A DNA stretch of 64,000 nt from Candidatus Neptunichlamydia sp. (GTDB lineage: Bacteria; Chlamydiota; Chlamydiia; Chlamydiales; Simkaniaceae). Below the pieces are notes generated by a model that saw only the letters and a list, made by a program, of their open reading frames with translations, was not told where the DNA came from and made no database searches. The stretch is taken from assembly GCA_965233865.1 (NCBI GenBank), contig OZ247587.1, positions 1,728,001-1,792,000 of the forward strand, written 5' to 3'. A program made the position numbers and the translations under genes. This document shows, piece after piece, positions 41,807 to 52,977 of this stretch. Numbering within the stretch: the stretch's first letter is position 1; every line of letters starts with the position of its first letter.

Positions 41807-42731
41807 GAAAATAGCGTTCATTTTTCCTGGGCAAGGAGCTCAGTATGTTGGAATGGGAAAGGATTTCCATGAAGCTTTTGCCGTTGTTCGTGAAACTTTT
41901 CAAGAGGCGGATGAACTTCTTGGATTTAGTCTGACGAGCCTTATCTTCGAGGGGCCTTCAGAAGAGCTGACCCAAACAAAAAATAGTCAAATTGCAATTT
42001 ATGTTATGAGCGTTGCTCTCTGGCGTGTTTTGTCAGAACAGATGCCAGATATTGCTCCCACAGCTGTTGCTGGACTGAGCTTAGGTGAGTATTCTGCTCT
42101 AACCGCATCAGGACGCCTCAGTTTTAGGGATGGAGTCAAGCTTGTTAGGGCGCGTGGGCTTTATATGCATGAAGCAGGGGTTAAACATCCTGGGACTATG
42201 GCAGTATGTTTGGGAATGGCACCTGATAAAGTGACTGAAATACTTGAGCCATTCGAGGGAGTGTGGGTAGCAAACCTTAACTGCCCTGGTCAAGTCGTCA
42301 TTTCTGGAACGGTCCAAGGGGTTGCTGCGGCATCTGCCCTTCTTAAGGAGAAAGGAGCAAAGCGTGTTCTTCCTCTTGATGTCTCTGGTGCTTTTCATAG
42401 CGGGTTAATGGAAGAAGCTAAGGATCAACTTAAAGAAAAAATTGATACAATTTCCCTTGAGACAAGTTCAATTGATTTAGTGATGAATTCTTGTGGAGAG
42501 TATATCTCTGAAGAGGAAATTCGAGGGAACATGATAAGCCAAGTCGTTGCTCCGGTTCTTTGGGAACAAGGGGTTCGAGCTATGGAGGAAAGAGGGATCG
42601 AATGTTTCATTGAGATCGGGTGTGGGAAGACCTTAAGTGGAATGCTTCGAAAAATTGGGGTGAAGGGAGAAATATTCTCTATAGAAAAAGTTGAAGATTT
42701 GGAAACTCTGCATCAAGGAGCGGTGAATTAA
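41799..42731 (+). CDS. fabD: Malonyl-CoA:ACP transacylase
   Basis: FPGQGAQ, GLSLGEY, SGAFHS; GTG start at 41799. Confidence 0.97.
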   Translation: MDKKIAFIFPGQGAQYVGMGKDFHEAFAVVRETFQEADELLGFSLTSLIFEGPSEELTQTKNSQIAIYVMSVALWRVLSEQMPDIAPTAVAGLSLGEYSALTASGRLSFRDGVKLVRARGLYMHEAGVKHPGTMAVCLGMAPDKVTEILEPFEGVWVANLNCPGQVVISGTVQGVAAASALLKEKGAKRVLPLDVSGAFHSGLMEEAKDQLKEKIDTISLETSSIDLVMNSCGEYISEEEIRGNMISQVVAPVLWEQGVRAMEERGIECFIEIGCGKTLSGMLRKIGVKGEIFSIEKVEDLETLHQGAVN

Positions 42732-43487
42732 ATGGGATTACTTAAAGGAAAAAGAGCCCTTATTACTGGGGGAACTTCTGGACTAGGAAAACAGATTGCG
42801 CTGACATTTGCTGAAGAGGGAGCTGATGTTGCAGTTATTGGGATGAATCGTGAGCGTGCTCAGCAAGTTGTTGAAACCCTTAAAGAATTAAAGAAAAGCT
42901 CCGATCAACGATTTTGGCTTGGTACCGTTAATGTAGGTAACAAGCAAGAAGTTGATGAAGCAGTTGAGAATCTTCTCAAAGAATGGGATGGGGTTGATAT
43001 CTTGGTTAATTGCGCCGGAATTACTCGAGATAAGCTCTTTATGAGGATGAGCGAAGATGATTGGGATCAGGTAATTGAGACAAACTTGAAATCGGTATAT
43101 AATCTTAGCCATGCTCTTGTCCGCCCAATGATGAAGGAACGGAAAGGGAAAATTATCAATATTACCAGTGTGATTGGGTTGACAGGAAATCCTGGTCAAG
43201 TCAATTATGCTGCTTCTAAACTCGGTATGGTCGGGTTTACCCGTTCCCTTGCAAAGGAACTAGGTCCTCGCAATATCAATGTGAACTGTATTGCCCCCGG
43301 GTTTTTCAAAACTCCTATAACTGAAATTCTTACTGAAGAGCAAAGGAAGGGGATATTAGATAAGGTTCCCATGGGACGCCTTGGGGATCCAAAAGAAATA
43401 GCTCACGCAGCGGTCTTTTTAGCTAGCCACATGTCTGATTATGTGACAGGGCAGATTTTGACTGTTGACGGGGGCATGATTGCTTAA
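42732..43487 (+). CDS. fabG: 3-oxoacyl-ACP reductase
   Basis: TGGTSGLG, AGITRD, YAASK. Confidence 0.96.
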   Translation: MGLLKGKRALITGGTSGLGKQIALTFAEEGADVAVIGMNRERAQQVVETLKELKKSSDQRFWLGTVNVGNKQEVDEAVENLLKEWDGVDILVNCAGITRDKLFMRMSEDDWDQVIETNLKSVYNLSHALVRPMMKERKGKIINITSVIGLTGNPGQVNYAASKLGMVGFTRSLAKELGPRNINVNCIAPGFFKTPITEILTEEQRKGILDKVPMGRLGDPKEIAHAAVFLASHMSDYVTGQILTVDGGMIA

Positions 43488-43535
43488 ATTAATGTATAAA
43501 TTTTTGAACATGTTTGAAAAAAGGAAATTTGTTTT

Positions 43536-43778
43536 ATGTCAGTAGAACAAGAAGTGATTGATATCATTGTTGAACAGCTCGGAGTAGACAGCGAAGAAGT
43601 CTCTGTGGAAAAATCTTTCGTAGAAGACCTAAACGCGGATTCTCTAGATCTTACAGAGCTAATTATGACCTTTGAAGAGAAATTCGGTTTCGAGATCTCT
43701 GAAGGGGAAGCAGAGAAGCTTCGAGTTGTTGGAGATATTGTCAAGTTTGTTAATGAAAAGAAAGTTGCTGCTAATTAA
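43536..43778 (+). CDS. acpP: Acyl carrier protein
   Basis: DLNADSLD. Confidence 0.97.
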   Translation: MSVEQEVIDIIVEQLGVDSEEVSVEKSFVEDLNADSLDLTELIMTFEEKFGFEISEGEAEKLRVVGDIVKFVNEKKVAAN

Positions 43779-43800
43779 TTAGTAATCAACTTCTTATGGC

Positions 43801-43834
43801 AACCGTACTATTTTTTAAGTAGTGCGGTTTTTTT
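43801..43834 (+). terminator. Intrinsic terminator of the fab operon
   Basis: AACCGTACTA...TAGTGCGGTT plus T run. Confidence 0.75.
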
Positions 43835-43930
43835 GTTCGGATTCGTCATCCAATGGTTCTTAAAAATATTTTACGACTAATGCAATTTAATTGAGTTATT
43901 TAGTATAAATTAAGGATTCATAAAATGTAT

Positions 43931-44525
43931 TAGGCTCTGTCCTCAAAGTTTACACCACATGATGATCGAAGCAAACAAGAAAGCTCCTTTAAACATGCAA
44001 ACCGTTTTATCATAACGTGTTGCAATTCTTCGAAACTCTTTAATGCGTCCAAAGAACCTTTCGACAGCATTTCGTTCTTTATACGTATGCTCATCATACT
44101 GAATGGTTGCTTTCTTACTTTTTTTCCAGGAATTACTGGAGTACCCCCTTTCTCTACTAAGATTTCCCTAAATGGATCACTATCATATCCTCTGCCACTC
44201 GTGATCGGCTTCACTTGTAAAAAAAATCTAAAATTTTCTCTAGGCGTCCTTTCTTGACCCATCGACTATAACGGTTATATATCGTTTTCCACGAACCAAA
44301 TTCTGTGGGCAAATCTTTCCAAGGAGCTCCTATTCTTAGCACCCAGTAAACAGCCTCTAAAAATCGTCTATCATCGTTCCCATGTCGCCTCTTTGGAGCT
44401 GGTAAGAAAGGGGCAATTTTCCCCCATATCTCATCAGTAATTGATTCTCTTAACATAAAGTTAGCCTCCTTTAGGTTTACTCTATAAAAGTCTAATCAAT
44501 TTTCATTTTTAGGGAGAGAGCTCTA
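43931..44525 (-). mobile_element. Internally deleted IS5-family remnant
   Basis: LRIGAPWKDLP..FG.WKTIY and GRGYDSD fragments; degenerate end repeats; ~0.6 kb. Confidence 0.8.
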
Positions 44526-44628
44526 AGTAGAGTATACGAAGTTCTTTGATCTCAAGGGTTTCTCGAATGTCTGAGCAAAGGCACAACTGTAAATGAATAA
44601 GACAAAATAAACTGGTAGCAGTGAAGCT

Positions 44629-45867
44629 TTAGATTGTTGATTCATAAGACTCCTTGGAGTGGTTTTCGGATCTTCTTAAGATAGCAAAGGAGACAAGAAT
44701 GAAAAAGGCTGCTATCGGGTAGACTAAAGTAATATTGATTCCTGCAAGCGTTCCAGCTAAAAGGGGAGCGAACATAAACGCAATCGATGCAAAAGATTGA
44801 GAAATTCCCATGACTTTCCCCTGCATTTCTTCTGGAGCGGCTAATGAGATTGCGCTAAGCGCATTTGTCCAAGCAAGGGCTCCAAATATGGAGGCGATCA
44901 AGGCAAAGATTGCAAAAGGGATAAAAGAGGTCATTAAAGAGCAAAGGATAAACACGATGAATAGCCCCCCTGTTCCAATTTGAGCAATTTGTCTCGCTTT
45001 GAAACGTTTTAAAAGCGTTTCGTTGATGCACGAACTTCCGAGAGACCAAACGACACCTGTTGATGCCAATAGTCCGAAGAGGACCTCATGGGAAACAGTG
45101 TATCGAGAAAGAGTGTAGGGGTTCAACCATAGGAGATTGATTCCCCAACCCATCATCATCACCAGATAGTAAAAGTAGAGAGACCCAAGGCCCTTAATTT
45201 TAAAACAAACCGCAATGTGGCGCATCTTTTTAAAGGGATCGCAGTAAAACCTTTCGTTATTTATATTCGTTTCATGAAAAAAGAGATGAATTATGACGAG
45301 ACTCAAAAGAGCAAAACCTGTGGTGATCCAAAAGGGGATTTCGGGTGATAATGACTTTGAAAATATCCCTCCAACTAAGATGGAAACAATCCAGCTCAAT
45401 CCTCCCACAGTCGCAATGATCCCGTAAGCTTTTGAACGACTTTTCTCATCAGCAGAGAGATCAGATAAAGAGGCCATGCATATTGTACGGTTACTTGAAA
45501 ACATCCCAGTCAAAATCCTGCTAACTAATAGAAGGGGAAAGTGGTGAGTCAAAATTGCTATGCCAGATAGAAAATATCCAACTGCCACTCCACTGTTTAA
45601 TATATAAAAAGTTCTTTTTCGTCCAAAGTGATCTGCAAAATCCCCGAATATAGGAGCAAAAATCAGCTGCATTAATGGGTAAACAGCGAATAATATCGCT
45701 AGTGATAAATGGCGTATTTGCAGAGAAGTTTCTGGGGAGAACATCTTGAAATCAGAACTGAGAAGTAAAGGTCCAAATAGACCAAAGACAATCGCATATC
45801 CAAAATAGTCAAAGAAGTATGAGAAATAGATTGCAAAGAGAGATTTCTTTCGATTTATCACAAACAA
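44629..45867 (-). CDS. MFS transporter (TetA/DHA1-like)
   Basis: Motif A GDFADHFGRK, ~12 TM segments, QGKVMG. Confidence 0.88.
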   Translation of the reverse strand: MFVINRKKSLFAIYFSYFFDYFGYAIVFGLFGPLLLSSDFKMFSPETSLQIRHLSLAILFAVYPLMQLIFAPIFGDFADHFGRKRTFYILNSGVAVGYFLSGIAILTHHFPLLLVSRILTGMFSSNRTICMASLSDLSADEKSRSKAYGIIATVGGLSWIVSILVGGIFSKSLSPEIPFWITTGFALLSLVIIHLFFHETNINNERFYCDPFKKMRHIAVCFKIKGLGSLYFYYLVMMMGWGINLLWLNPYTLSRYTVSHEVLFGLLASTGVVWSLGSSCINETLLKRFKARQIAQIGTGGLFIVFILCSLMTSFIPFAIFALIASIFGALAWTNALSAISLAAPEEMQGKVMGISQSFASIAFMFAPLLAGTLAGINITLVYPIAAFFILVSFAILRRSENHSKESYESTI

Positions 45868-45920
45868 GGCTCCGTCTATTCCTTTTTATTTGCTTTTTGT
45901 TTTTAAAATTCAACAAATAT

Positions 45921-46703
45921 TTACAGAATACGGGAGCGGATTTTTGGAGAGAAGAAGAGCAGCACAAGGAGGCTACTGAGGAGAAGGAGAATTGTGGATA
46001 AAGCATTAACAATAGGAGAAACGCCTGAGCGAAGGGTAGACAGAAGGTAGAGCGAAAGGGTTTGAATTGAAGTGCCAGCGCAGAAGTACGAAAGGATAAA
46101 ATCATCAAAAGAGAGGATGAAGATAAGGAGCCCAGTGGAAAGAAGCGTTGGGCGGAGGAGGGGAAGTGTGATTTTGATAAATGTTTGGAGGGGATTTGCT
46201 CCTAATGCTTCGGATGCCTCAGTGAGGCGCTTATCAAGCTGGAGGAAGCGGGTGTAAAGAATAGGAATGACAAAGCCGAGGCCGAGAACAGTATGTGCGA
46301 CGATAAGGGTAGTGATTCCAAGCTCTACTTTAAACAGTGTAAAGTAGCTGAGGAGGCTGATTGCTAGCATTGTTTCAGGAATGATGAGGTTTCCATAAAA
46401 AAGAGGAAGAGCTTTCTGGATCTTGCCACCTTGGGCACGGAAGAAAATCAAGAGTATTCCGAGAAGGAGGCTTAAGGATGTCGAAATAATAGCAACCAAA
46501 AAGGAGTTTGTAAAGGAACTCCACAATGTAAAAGAAGTAAAAAGCTCTTGATACCATTTCAAGGTGAAACCATCCCAAGGGGAGGGGAAACTCTTTGTAT
46601 TGAAGGAGAAAACAATTAAGATGAGGATAGGGAGATATAGAAAGATGTAGGAAAAAACTACAGCAGAGAGCCCCCAAAATTTCCCTAGAAATTTCCAGTT
46701 CAT
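45921..46703 (-). CDS. potC: Spermidine/putrescine ABC permease PotC
   Basis: FLYLP, GFTLKWY, EASEALGA, SFDDF. Confidence 0.9.
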   Translation of the reverse strand: MNWKFLGKFWGLSAVVFSYIFLYLPILILIVFSFNTKSFPSPWDGFTLKWYQELFTSFTLWSSFTNSFLVAIISTSLSLLLGILLIFFRAQGGKIQKALPLFYGNLIIPETMLAISLLSYFTLFKVELGITTLIVAHTVLGLGFVIPILYTRFLQLDKRLTEASEALGANPLQTFIKITLPLLRPTLLSTGLLIFILSFDDFILSYFCAGTSIQTLSLYLLSTLRSGVSPIVNALSTILLLLSSLLVLLFFSPKIRSRIL

Positions 46704-47587
46704 TGAAGCCCCCTTAAGAGCATTTTAGACACCTTTTTAAAGATAAAATAAATGAACATGACTGTAACAACAAGTGCAAGACAGCTTAGAACCATAAAGG
46801 CAGCTCCAAGTCCCCCAGTTTCATTTCCTAGAACATATTGTGAGATCACATTCCCCACAAAATACGTCTTATCTCCACCCATCAATTCAGGAATAATGAA
46901 TTCCCCAAAAGAGGGGATAAAAACAAGGAAAAAGCCTGCTCTCACAGCGGGGAGAGTCATAGGAAGCATTATTTTCTTGAAGGTCTCAACCCATGAAGCT
47001 CCTAAGTCATCCGACACTTCTAAAAAACGGCGATCAAACCTCTCTAGCGTTGAGAAGATAGGGAGTACCATAAATGGGAGGTAACAGTAAACCATCATCA
47101 AAATAATCGCGAAAATCGAATTTAGGAAGTGAATAGGTTCTTGGATCAGACCAACTTTTTTTAGCAGAGTGTTTAGAAACCCTTCTCTTTCAAGGACGAA
47201 AAACCATGCGTAAACATGAAGAAGAAAGTTTGTCCAGAAGGGGACGATTAGAAAAAATAGCATGAGGGTCTTGTACCGCCCTGCTTTAAATGCAATAAAA
47301 TGGGCAAGTGGGTAGGCGATGACAAGACAAAGCAAAGAGGTTGAAAAGGCTAAGAAGATTGAATTAAAGATGACCGTTAGGTGGGTAGAGGAAAAAAGAG
47401 GAACGAAGTTCTTAAGAGTTATCCCTTGGATTCCTCTTTCTTCCGAAAGGATAAAAACGCTACTCACTATCATTAAAAGCAGAGGTAGATAGAAAAAAAT
47501 GACCTGCCAAATCAGTGCTGGAGAACCGATAACAAAAGCACTCTCTTTTTTTGTCCTTTGTTGAATCCGTTGAAACAGGGCATACAT
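46700..47587 (-). CDS. potB: Spermidine/putrescine ABC permease PotB
   Basis: PFWTN, YLPFMVLP, DLGA, FIPSFG. Confidence 0.9.
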   Translation of the reverse strand: MYALFQRIQQRTKKESAFVIGSPALIWQVIFFYLPLLLMIVSSVFILSEERGIQGITLKNFVPLFSSTHLTVIFNSIFLAFSTSLLCLVIAYPLAHFIAFKAGRYKTLMLFFLIVPFWTNFLLHVYAWFFVLEREGFLNTLLKKVGLIQEPIHFLNSIFAIILMMVYCYLPFMVLPIFSTLERFDRRFLEVSDDLGASWVETFKKIMLPMTLPAVRAGFFLVFIPSFGEFIIPELMGGDKTYFVGNVISQYVLGNETGGLGAAFMVLSCLALVVTVMFIYFIFKKVSKMLLRGLQ

Positions 47588-47590
47588 CGT

Positions 47591-48694
47591 TTAACTCTCC
47601 AAAAGTAATGCGTTTTCTTTTTGCCAGTAGAGGTGAACTTCATCGTCATAATCGATATCTTCATGGGGAAAGTGTTCTTCATTCTGTTCAAAGACTTGGA
47701 GCTTAAATTGGTTGTTTACAATAACGTTGTATTGGGTTGAGCGCCCGTGGTAGATGATTTGAGAAACCTCACCCTTTATCGTATTGGTGAAGTTCTCAAC
47801 GGGTTTTTTTGAGATGTAGATCTTTTCAGGGCGCATACTGAGCGCTGCGGTACATCCCTCGAACATCCAGCCCTTTTTCTGAGGAATGTAGACTTTGAAC
47901 TTCCCTAGATGAGGGACGTCTATTTTAGGGTCCGTGTCGATGCTATGGAGAGTTCCGGTTAAAATATTGGTGGTGCCTACAAATTTGGCAACAAAACTTG
48001 AGACGGGGAATTCATAAATCTCTTGAGGTGTTCCTATTTGCTCGATGTCTCCATCTTGGTTCATAATTGCCATCTGATCAGCAACCGTGAGGGCTTCGAA
48101 CTGATCGTGGGTTACGTATACGAAGGTAGTTTTAAGCTTGTCTTGGAGCTCGATAAGCTCAATGAGCATTTTTTCCCGGAGCTTAAAGTCTAGGGCGGCT
48201 AGAGGCTCATCCAAGAGAAGGACCTCCGGTTCATTAATAATAGCTCTAGCAAGGGCCACTCTCTGTTGCTGCCCTCCTGAGAGTTGGGAAGGGAATTTAA
48301 AAATATGATTTTCTAGGTGGAAGGCTTTTAAGATTTTAATCACCCGTTGCTCAATTTTCTCTTTAGGAATTTTTTGAATTACGAGGCTATAGGCGACATT
48401 ATTAAAGACGTTGAGGTGAGGAAATAAAGCATAATTTTGAAAGACAATATTAATTTTTCGTTTGTTAACGGGAATATGGGTAATATCGGTATTGCCTAGA
48501 TAAATAATTCCAGAATCAGGGGTTTCAAAGCCAGCAATGAGCCTCAGAAGTGTGGTTTTTCCACACCCACTTGGACCCAAAAGAGCAAAAAACTCCCCAG
48601 AAGGTATTATCAAATTAATTTTATTGAGAATGACCCCCTCTTCCTGAGATTTGGTAATCTCTTTTAGGTGTATGCTTCTCACATGCTTCTCCAA
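47591..48694 (-). CDS. potA: Spermidine/putrescine ABC ATPase PotA
   Basis: GPSGCGKT, FQNYALFPH, LSGGQQQR, TOBE tail. Confidence 0.92.
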   Translation of the reverse strand: MEKHVRSIHLKEITKSQEEGVILNKINLIIPSGEFFALLGPSGCGKTTLLRLIAGFETPDSGIIYLGNTDITHIPVNKRKINIVFQNYALFPHLNVFNNVAYSLVIQKIPKEKIEQRVIKILKAFHLENHIFKFPSQLSGGQQQRVALARAIINEPEVLLLDEPLAALDFKLREKMLIELIELQDKLKTTFVYVTHDQFEALTVADQMAIMNQDGDIEQIGTPQEIYEFPVSSFVAKFVGTTNILTGTLHSIDTDPKIDVPHLGKFKVYIPQKKGWMFEGCTAALSMRPEKIYISKKPVENFTNTIKGEVSQIIYHGRSTQYNVIVNNQFKLQVFEQNEEHFPHEDIDYDDEVHLYWQKENALLLES

Positions 48695-48842
48695 ATTATG
48701 GGCAACACTTTACTATTTATACGATTATTTTGGTAGAGGCACTTGCAAAACTCCTGATTAGTCGATTTTTGTGGAGTTTTGCTAGGAGCTCGTTTAGATT
48801 GGTGGTTGTTTTTTTTGTTTGAATTTTGAAGAATAGGCGTCT

Positions 48843-49793
48843 ATGGAACATAAAAAATTAGTTATTATCGGATCGGGTCCTGCAGGCTTTACGGCAGCTA
48901 TCTATGCAGCCCGTGCCAATTTGTCCCCTTTAATGTATGAAGGTTTTTTTAGTGGCCCCTCTGGAGGTCAGCTCATGACAACCACTGATGTGGAGAATTT
49001 TCCCGGATTTCCTGATGGAATTACAGGCCCTGCATTGATGGATGCAATGAGAAGCCAAGCCAAGCGTTTTGGGACTCAAATTTTAACTGAGGATGTTGCT
49101 GAAGTAGACCTTTCTGAGCTCCCCTTCAAGGTCAAAGGAGGAAAAACGACGGTTCTTGCTGATTCAATTATTGTTGCGACTGGAGCTACGGCAAAACGGC
49201 TTGATGTTCCTGGAACTTTGGATGAGGAGTTTTGGCAGAAGGGAGTCACTGCTTGCGCCGTTTGTGATGGGGCTATGCCGATTTTTCGAGACAAAAATCT
49301 TTATGTTGTTGGTGGCGGTGATACTGCTGTTGAAGAGGCGATTTTCCTCACAAAATATGCAAGTAGAGTCTATATTCTCCACCGAAGAGATGCACTTCGT
49401 GCTTCAAAAATTATGGCACAGCATGCAATGGACCACCCTAAGATTGAAATTCTCTGGAATACCGTCCTAACAAATGTTGAGGGCAGTCATGTTGTTGAAA
49501 AGGTCACTCTTCAAAATATCAAGACAAAAGAAGAGTCAAAACGAGATGCTGCAGGGGTTTTCTTTGCGATTGGGCATAATCCTAACACTGCCTTTTTAAA
49601 AGGGCAGTTGAAGACTGATAAACACGGGTATCTTCTTGTTCAGTCAGATTCAACAGCAACTGATATTGAGGGTGTCTTTGCAGCTGGAGATGTTCAGGAT
49701 AAAATCTATCGCCAGGCCATTTCTGCTGCTGGATCAGGGTGTATGGCATCGCTTGATGCTGAGCGATGGTTAACAGCAAATGGGTTGTCATGA
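48843..49793 (+). CDS. trxB: Thioredoxin reductase
   Basis: GSGPAG, CAVCDG, GGGDTA, AAGDV. Confidence 0.98.
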   Translation: MEHKKLVIIGSGPAGFTAAIYAARANLSPLMYEGFFSGPSGGQLMTTTDVENFPGFPDGITGPALMDAMRSQAKRFGTQILTEDVAEVDLSELPFKVKGGKTTVLADSIIVATGATAKRLDVPGTLDEEFWQKGVTACAVCDGAMPIFRDKNLYVVGGGDTAVEEAIFLTKYASRVYILHRRDALRASKIMAQHAMDHPKIEILWNTVLTNVEGSHVVEKVTLQNIKTKEESKRDAAGVFFAIGHNPNTAFLKGQLKTDKHGYLLVQSDSTATDIEGVFAAGDVQDKIYRQAISAAGSGCMASLDAERWLTANGLS

Positions 49794-50596
49794 AGAAACT
49801 TCTTCTTTCCCTTCTTCCTTTTTCGCTTTTTGCTTTCGTTATCGATCCCTATCTAACTCCTATTGCAGAATTTGAATTTCGCCCCGCCTATTCCTACCGG
49901 TATTACCCATCTGTTAACTATCGGGAGAATCCCTTAAGTTATCATTCTCATGATCATTTAATTAATTTAAACCTTGGAGTGAATTTTTGGCCCAACTGGG
50001 ATATTCAGTTCCAAGCAGATTTTTCCCATACTCACAAACTTAATTGGGGAGGGCAGAGAGTGGGAATGCAGCTCCGCTACCTTGTATGGGATGATGTGGC
50101 GGGGGATCCAATTAGTTTTAGCGTAGGAGGTCAAGTCTTTTATGTTCCTACTCGCAATATGCGCGATGTAAGCTCACCCTACCACTCGCAAGGGAACTTT
50201 GAATTAGGGGTTGCTGTTGGCAAGGAAATCGATAGTACCTATCAATGGCTATGGCGCTTTTGGGGTTTTGTTGGGACTGGCATTGCCAATAGGGGATACC
50301 CATGGCTTCGTCCTATCCTTGCTGCGGAAGGAAAGTTCCAACTCCGCCATACGCTCAAACTTAGCGCCGAGGGGTATTTTGGGTTTGGAGATCGCTCTCG
50401 CGTTAATATTGACGATTTCAATGGATACGCTAAAGTGCAGCACCGATCGGTCGATCTTGGGCTTAATTACACCTATCTTTTTGAAATTTGGGGTGCGCTC
50501 GGAGTGCAATACTCCTTTCGAGTTTATGCCCACTCTTTCCCTCAGCATACCAGCATTTTCACGGCTGAGTATCGCTTTCCATTCTCATTATTTTAA
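49790..50596 (+). CDS. Putative outer-membrane beta-barrel protein
   Basis: Signal peptide [15 protein letters not shown], aromatic-rich alternating strands, terminal Phe. Confidence 0.6.
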   Translation: MKKLLLSLLPFSLFAFVIDPYLTPIAEFEFRPAYSYRYYPSVNYRENPLSYHSHDHLINLNLGVNFWPNWDIQFQADFSHTHKLNWGGQRVGMQLRYLVWDDVAGDPISFSVGGQVFYVPTRNMRDVSSPYHSQGNFELGVAVGKEIDSTYQWLWRFWGFVGTGIANRGYPWLRPILAAEGKFQLRHTLKLSAEGYFGFGDRSRVNIDDFNGYAKVQHRSVDLGLNYTYLFEIWGALGVQYSFRVYAHSFPQHTSIFTAEYRFPFSLF

Positions 50597-50663
50597 CGCG
50601 AATTGTTGCGCGGATTAAGAGAATAAAGATGTCACCTTAAGCAAGTCTGATCGAATATACATT

Positions 50664-50895
50664 TTGAGTCAGCATTTGAAAACTATTTCTCATATATCTA
50701 GCTCGGAATATCAAAAGAGAGTGTGGATTTTAAGAAAGAAACTTGAGTGTCAAGCATTTGATGACTTAGTTTGTGATTTTTTTGATGAAGCAGATGAGAT
50801 TCTGGAAAAGCACAAAGATTTTGGAATAACAGAATACCAACATGGTGTATTAAAAAAGCTTATTCGCATCTTTTTTCACTTGCAATCAAGCTCAA
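50664..50895 (+). pseudogene. Fragment of hypothetical protein
   Basis: ISSSEYQKRVWI...FDDLVCDFF...FGITEYQ looks protein-like but lacks a good start and runs into acpS. Confidence 0.35.
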
Positions 50896-51264
50896 TTAAT
50901 TTATCCATAAGGCAACAGCATTTGCGTACTTTTTGCAATGGCTTATTGAAACAAGAATTTGAGGGAAATGGAACCTTTCATTGATGCTATCTGAAAACTC
51001 GACGACTGGTTTTCCAAGTTCATCGTTGGTGATTTCAATATCATGAAAGGAAATCGATTTGCCAAAACCAATGCCGAGAGCTTTGACAATCGCTTCTTTT
51101 GCAGAGAACCTTCCTGCAAGATGGGTTGCAGAGTCTTTATGCCCTAGGCAATATTCCAACTCTGTCTCCGTAAAGACTTTTTGGTAGAAATGGGTTCCGT
51201 GTTTTTCGATCGTTTGACTGATTCGATCGATCTCAAGGATATCATTACCGACACCTTTGATCAC
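50896..51264 (-). CDS. acpS: Holo-ACP synthase
   Basis: GVGNDILE, AGRFSAKEA, SISH. Confidence 0.96.
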   Translation of the reverse strand: MIKGVGNDILEIDRISQTIEKHGTHFYQKVFTETELEYCLGHKDSATHLAGRFSAKEAIVKALGIGFGKSISFHDIEITNDELGKPVVEFSDSINERFHFPQILVSISHCKKYANAVALWIN

Positions 51265-52370
51265 TCTTTCTCTTCATCCTCATTATCTTTGTAATATTCG
51301 TCCTGCTTAGAGCAGACATCATCGTTTTGCTCTTCAAGACCTTCTTCAAAAGCGTTACAGAAGATCATTCTACCTGAAGAGGTGTGTTTTACGGAAAGAA
51401 CTTGTGCATCAATAACGTCACCGATGAAGTTTCCACCACCATTGATCACAACCATGGTTCCATCATCTAGGTATCCGACCCCTTGGCGCGGTTCTTTTCC
51501 GTAGCGCTGCACCTTAATTTTGATCATCTCTCCTGTTTCCATGAGAGGTTTGAGGGCATTGGATAAAGAGTGGAGGTTAATGATTTGAACCCCTTCAATC
51601 GAGGCCATTTGGACGCGGCTAATATCAGCAGTTAGAATGTTCCCGTCGATTAAACGTGCGAGTCGGATGAACTTACTTGTTGCATCTTTCACTTCAGGGA
51701 AGTCAGTATCGTTAAAACGAAGTCCTAGATGGCCAAGGTGTTCCATCTTTTTGATGACCTCAAGACAGCGACGAGCTTTTGACTTTGTTATATCATCCCC
51801 TGTTTCTGTCTGGGCATAGAGTTCTTTAATGATGAAACGGGGAATAACGAGGTGCTGATCTACAATTCCCGTTGAGCAAAGATCGATGATGCGAGCATCA
51901 GAGAGAACGGAGGAGTCGATTAACAGGTCCCGTTTTTTCTGAGCTGTAGGTGCAAATTTCACGAAGGGGATACTAATATAGAGTTCATCAGATGCTCGTA
52001 GCGTCATAATTGATCCTAGATAAGTACCGAATAGGAATAGTGCAATCTTAATAATTTCAAGAGCTTGCGGGGTTAAGACAAGGGAGATTGAGCTAAGATC
52101 TAAAATGGCATCAAAGATCAAGACAAGAGCTTGTCCCATCAGATAACCGATGAAAAGCCCTATGACTGCGATGTTAAAGGAGCGGAGATTAAACTTTCGG
52201 AACAGGGAATCGAAACCAATAAGCAGTAGGCTAAACACAAAACCGATCAAAATACCGATTAAGGCATTCGTTGCGAGAAGTCCTTCTGGCCGTGATATCA
52301 TGTAAGTTGTCATGAAAAAGATTGAAATAATCGTGAAAAAAATTCGGACAAAAGCTAGAGAAATATTCAT
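51261..52370 (-). CDS. PIN/TRAM-domain membrane protein (YacL-like)
   Basis: 4 TM segments, IDSSVLSDARI PIN start, GKEPRQGVGYLDDGTMVV. Confidence 0.9.
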   Translation of the reverse strand: MNISLAFVRIFFTIISIFFMTTYMISRPEGLLATNALIGILIGFVFSLLLIGFDSLFRKFNLRSFNIAVIGLFIGYLMGQALVLIFDAILDLSSISLVLTPQALEIIKIALFLFGTYLGSIMTLRASDELYISIPFVKFAPTAQKKRDLLIDSSVLSDARIIDLCSTGIVDQHLVIPRFIIKELYAQTETGDDITKSKARRCLEVIKKMEHLGHLGLRFNDTDFPEVKDATSKFIRLARLIDGNILTADISRVQMASIEGVQIINLHSLSNALKPLMETGEMIKIKVQRYGKEPRQGVGYLDDGTMVVINGGGNFIGDVIDAQVLSVKHTSSGRMIFCNAFEEGLEEQNDDVCSKQDEYYKDNEDEEKE

Positions 52371-52482
52371 CTTAAAAAGCTCCGTTGCGCTATTACTATA
52401 CCCCGAAACAATCAGGTGTTTGATAATATTTATAGATTTATCTATTCTTACACTAACCAACCACTTTTTTAAAAGGATTTTT

Positions 52483-52977
52483 ATGAAACTCAGCTACCGC
52501 AGCGCTATTATTTTCTCTGGACTTCTCTGGCTTGCAATTGGGATTCTTCTTCTTTCAAAGGGGCTCAGTTACCTAGTTGTAGCAGGAAGTGCTCACCTAA
52601 AAGGAACACTTCAAGGCTTTTCTCTCTTAACGCAGATCGATCGCTTTGTTAAAAACCCTGAAAAATCTGCTATGGTGCTGGTTTCCGTTGGACTGGTCCT
52701 CGGATTTTTCAAAGGACGTATGGTTATGAAAAAAGCAGTAAATCGGGTTATTAAGCGTATCCATTCCTTTCCCTCTCCCATTCCAGTCACGGCGATCTAC
52801 TCTAAGAGATATCTGTGCCTTATTGGAGGAATGACTCTTATGGGAATTTCTCTTAAATTCCTTCCGATTCCTATCGATGTTAAAGGGTTTGTGGATTTTA
52901 CGGTTGGGACGGCCCTTATCAACGGCGCAATGCTCTATTTTCGAGCTACTTTTGAGCCTATCGATAAGGTCGCTTGA
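52483..52977 (+). CDS. Hypothetical membrane protein
   Basis: ~4 TM segments; AGGA RBS before ATG 52483. Confidence 0.7.
   Translation: MKLSYRSAIIFSGLLWLAIGILLLSKGLSYLVVAGSAHLKGTLQGFSLLTQIDRFVKNPEKSAMVLVSVGLVLGFFKGRMVMKKAVNRVIKRIHSFPSPIPVTAIYSKRYLCLIGGMTLMGISLKFLPIPIDVKGFVDFTVGTALINGAMLYFRATFEPIDKVA

Noticed and set aside
50664..50984. Intact 106-aa gene or orphan immunity gene
   Set aside because: The 3' part is antisense acpS sequence and there is no convincing start; only a fragment is supportable and its function cannot be inferred
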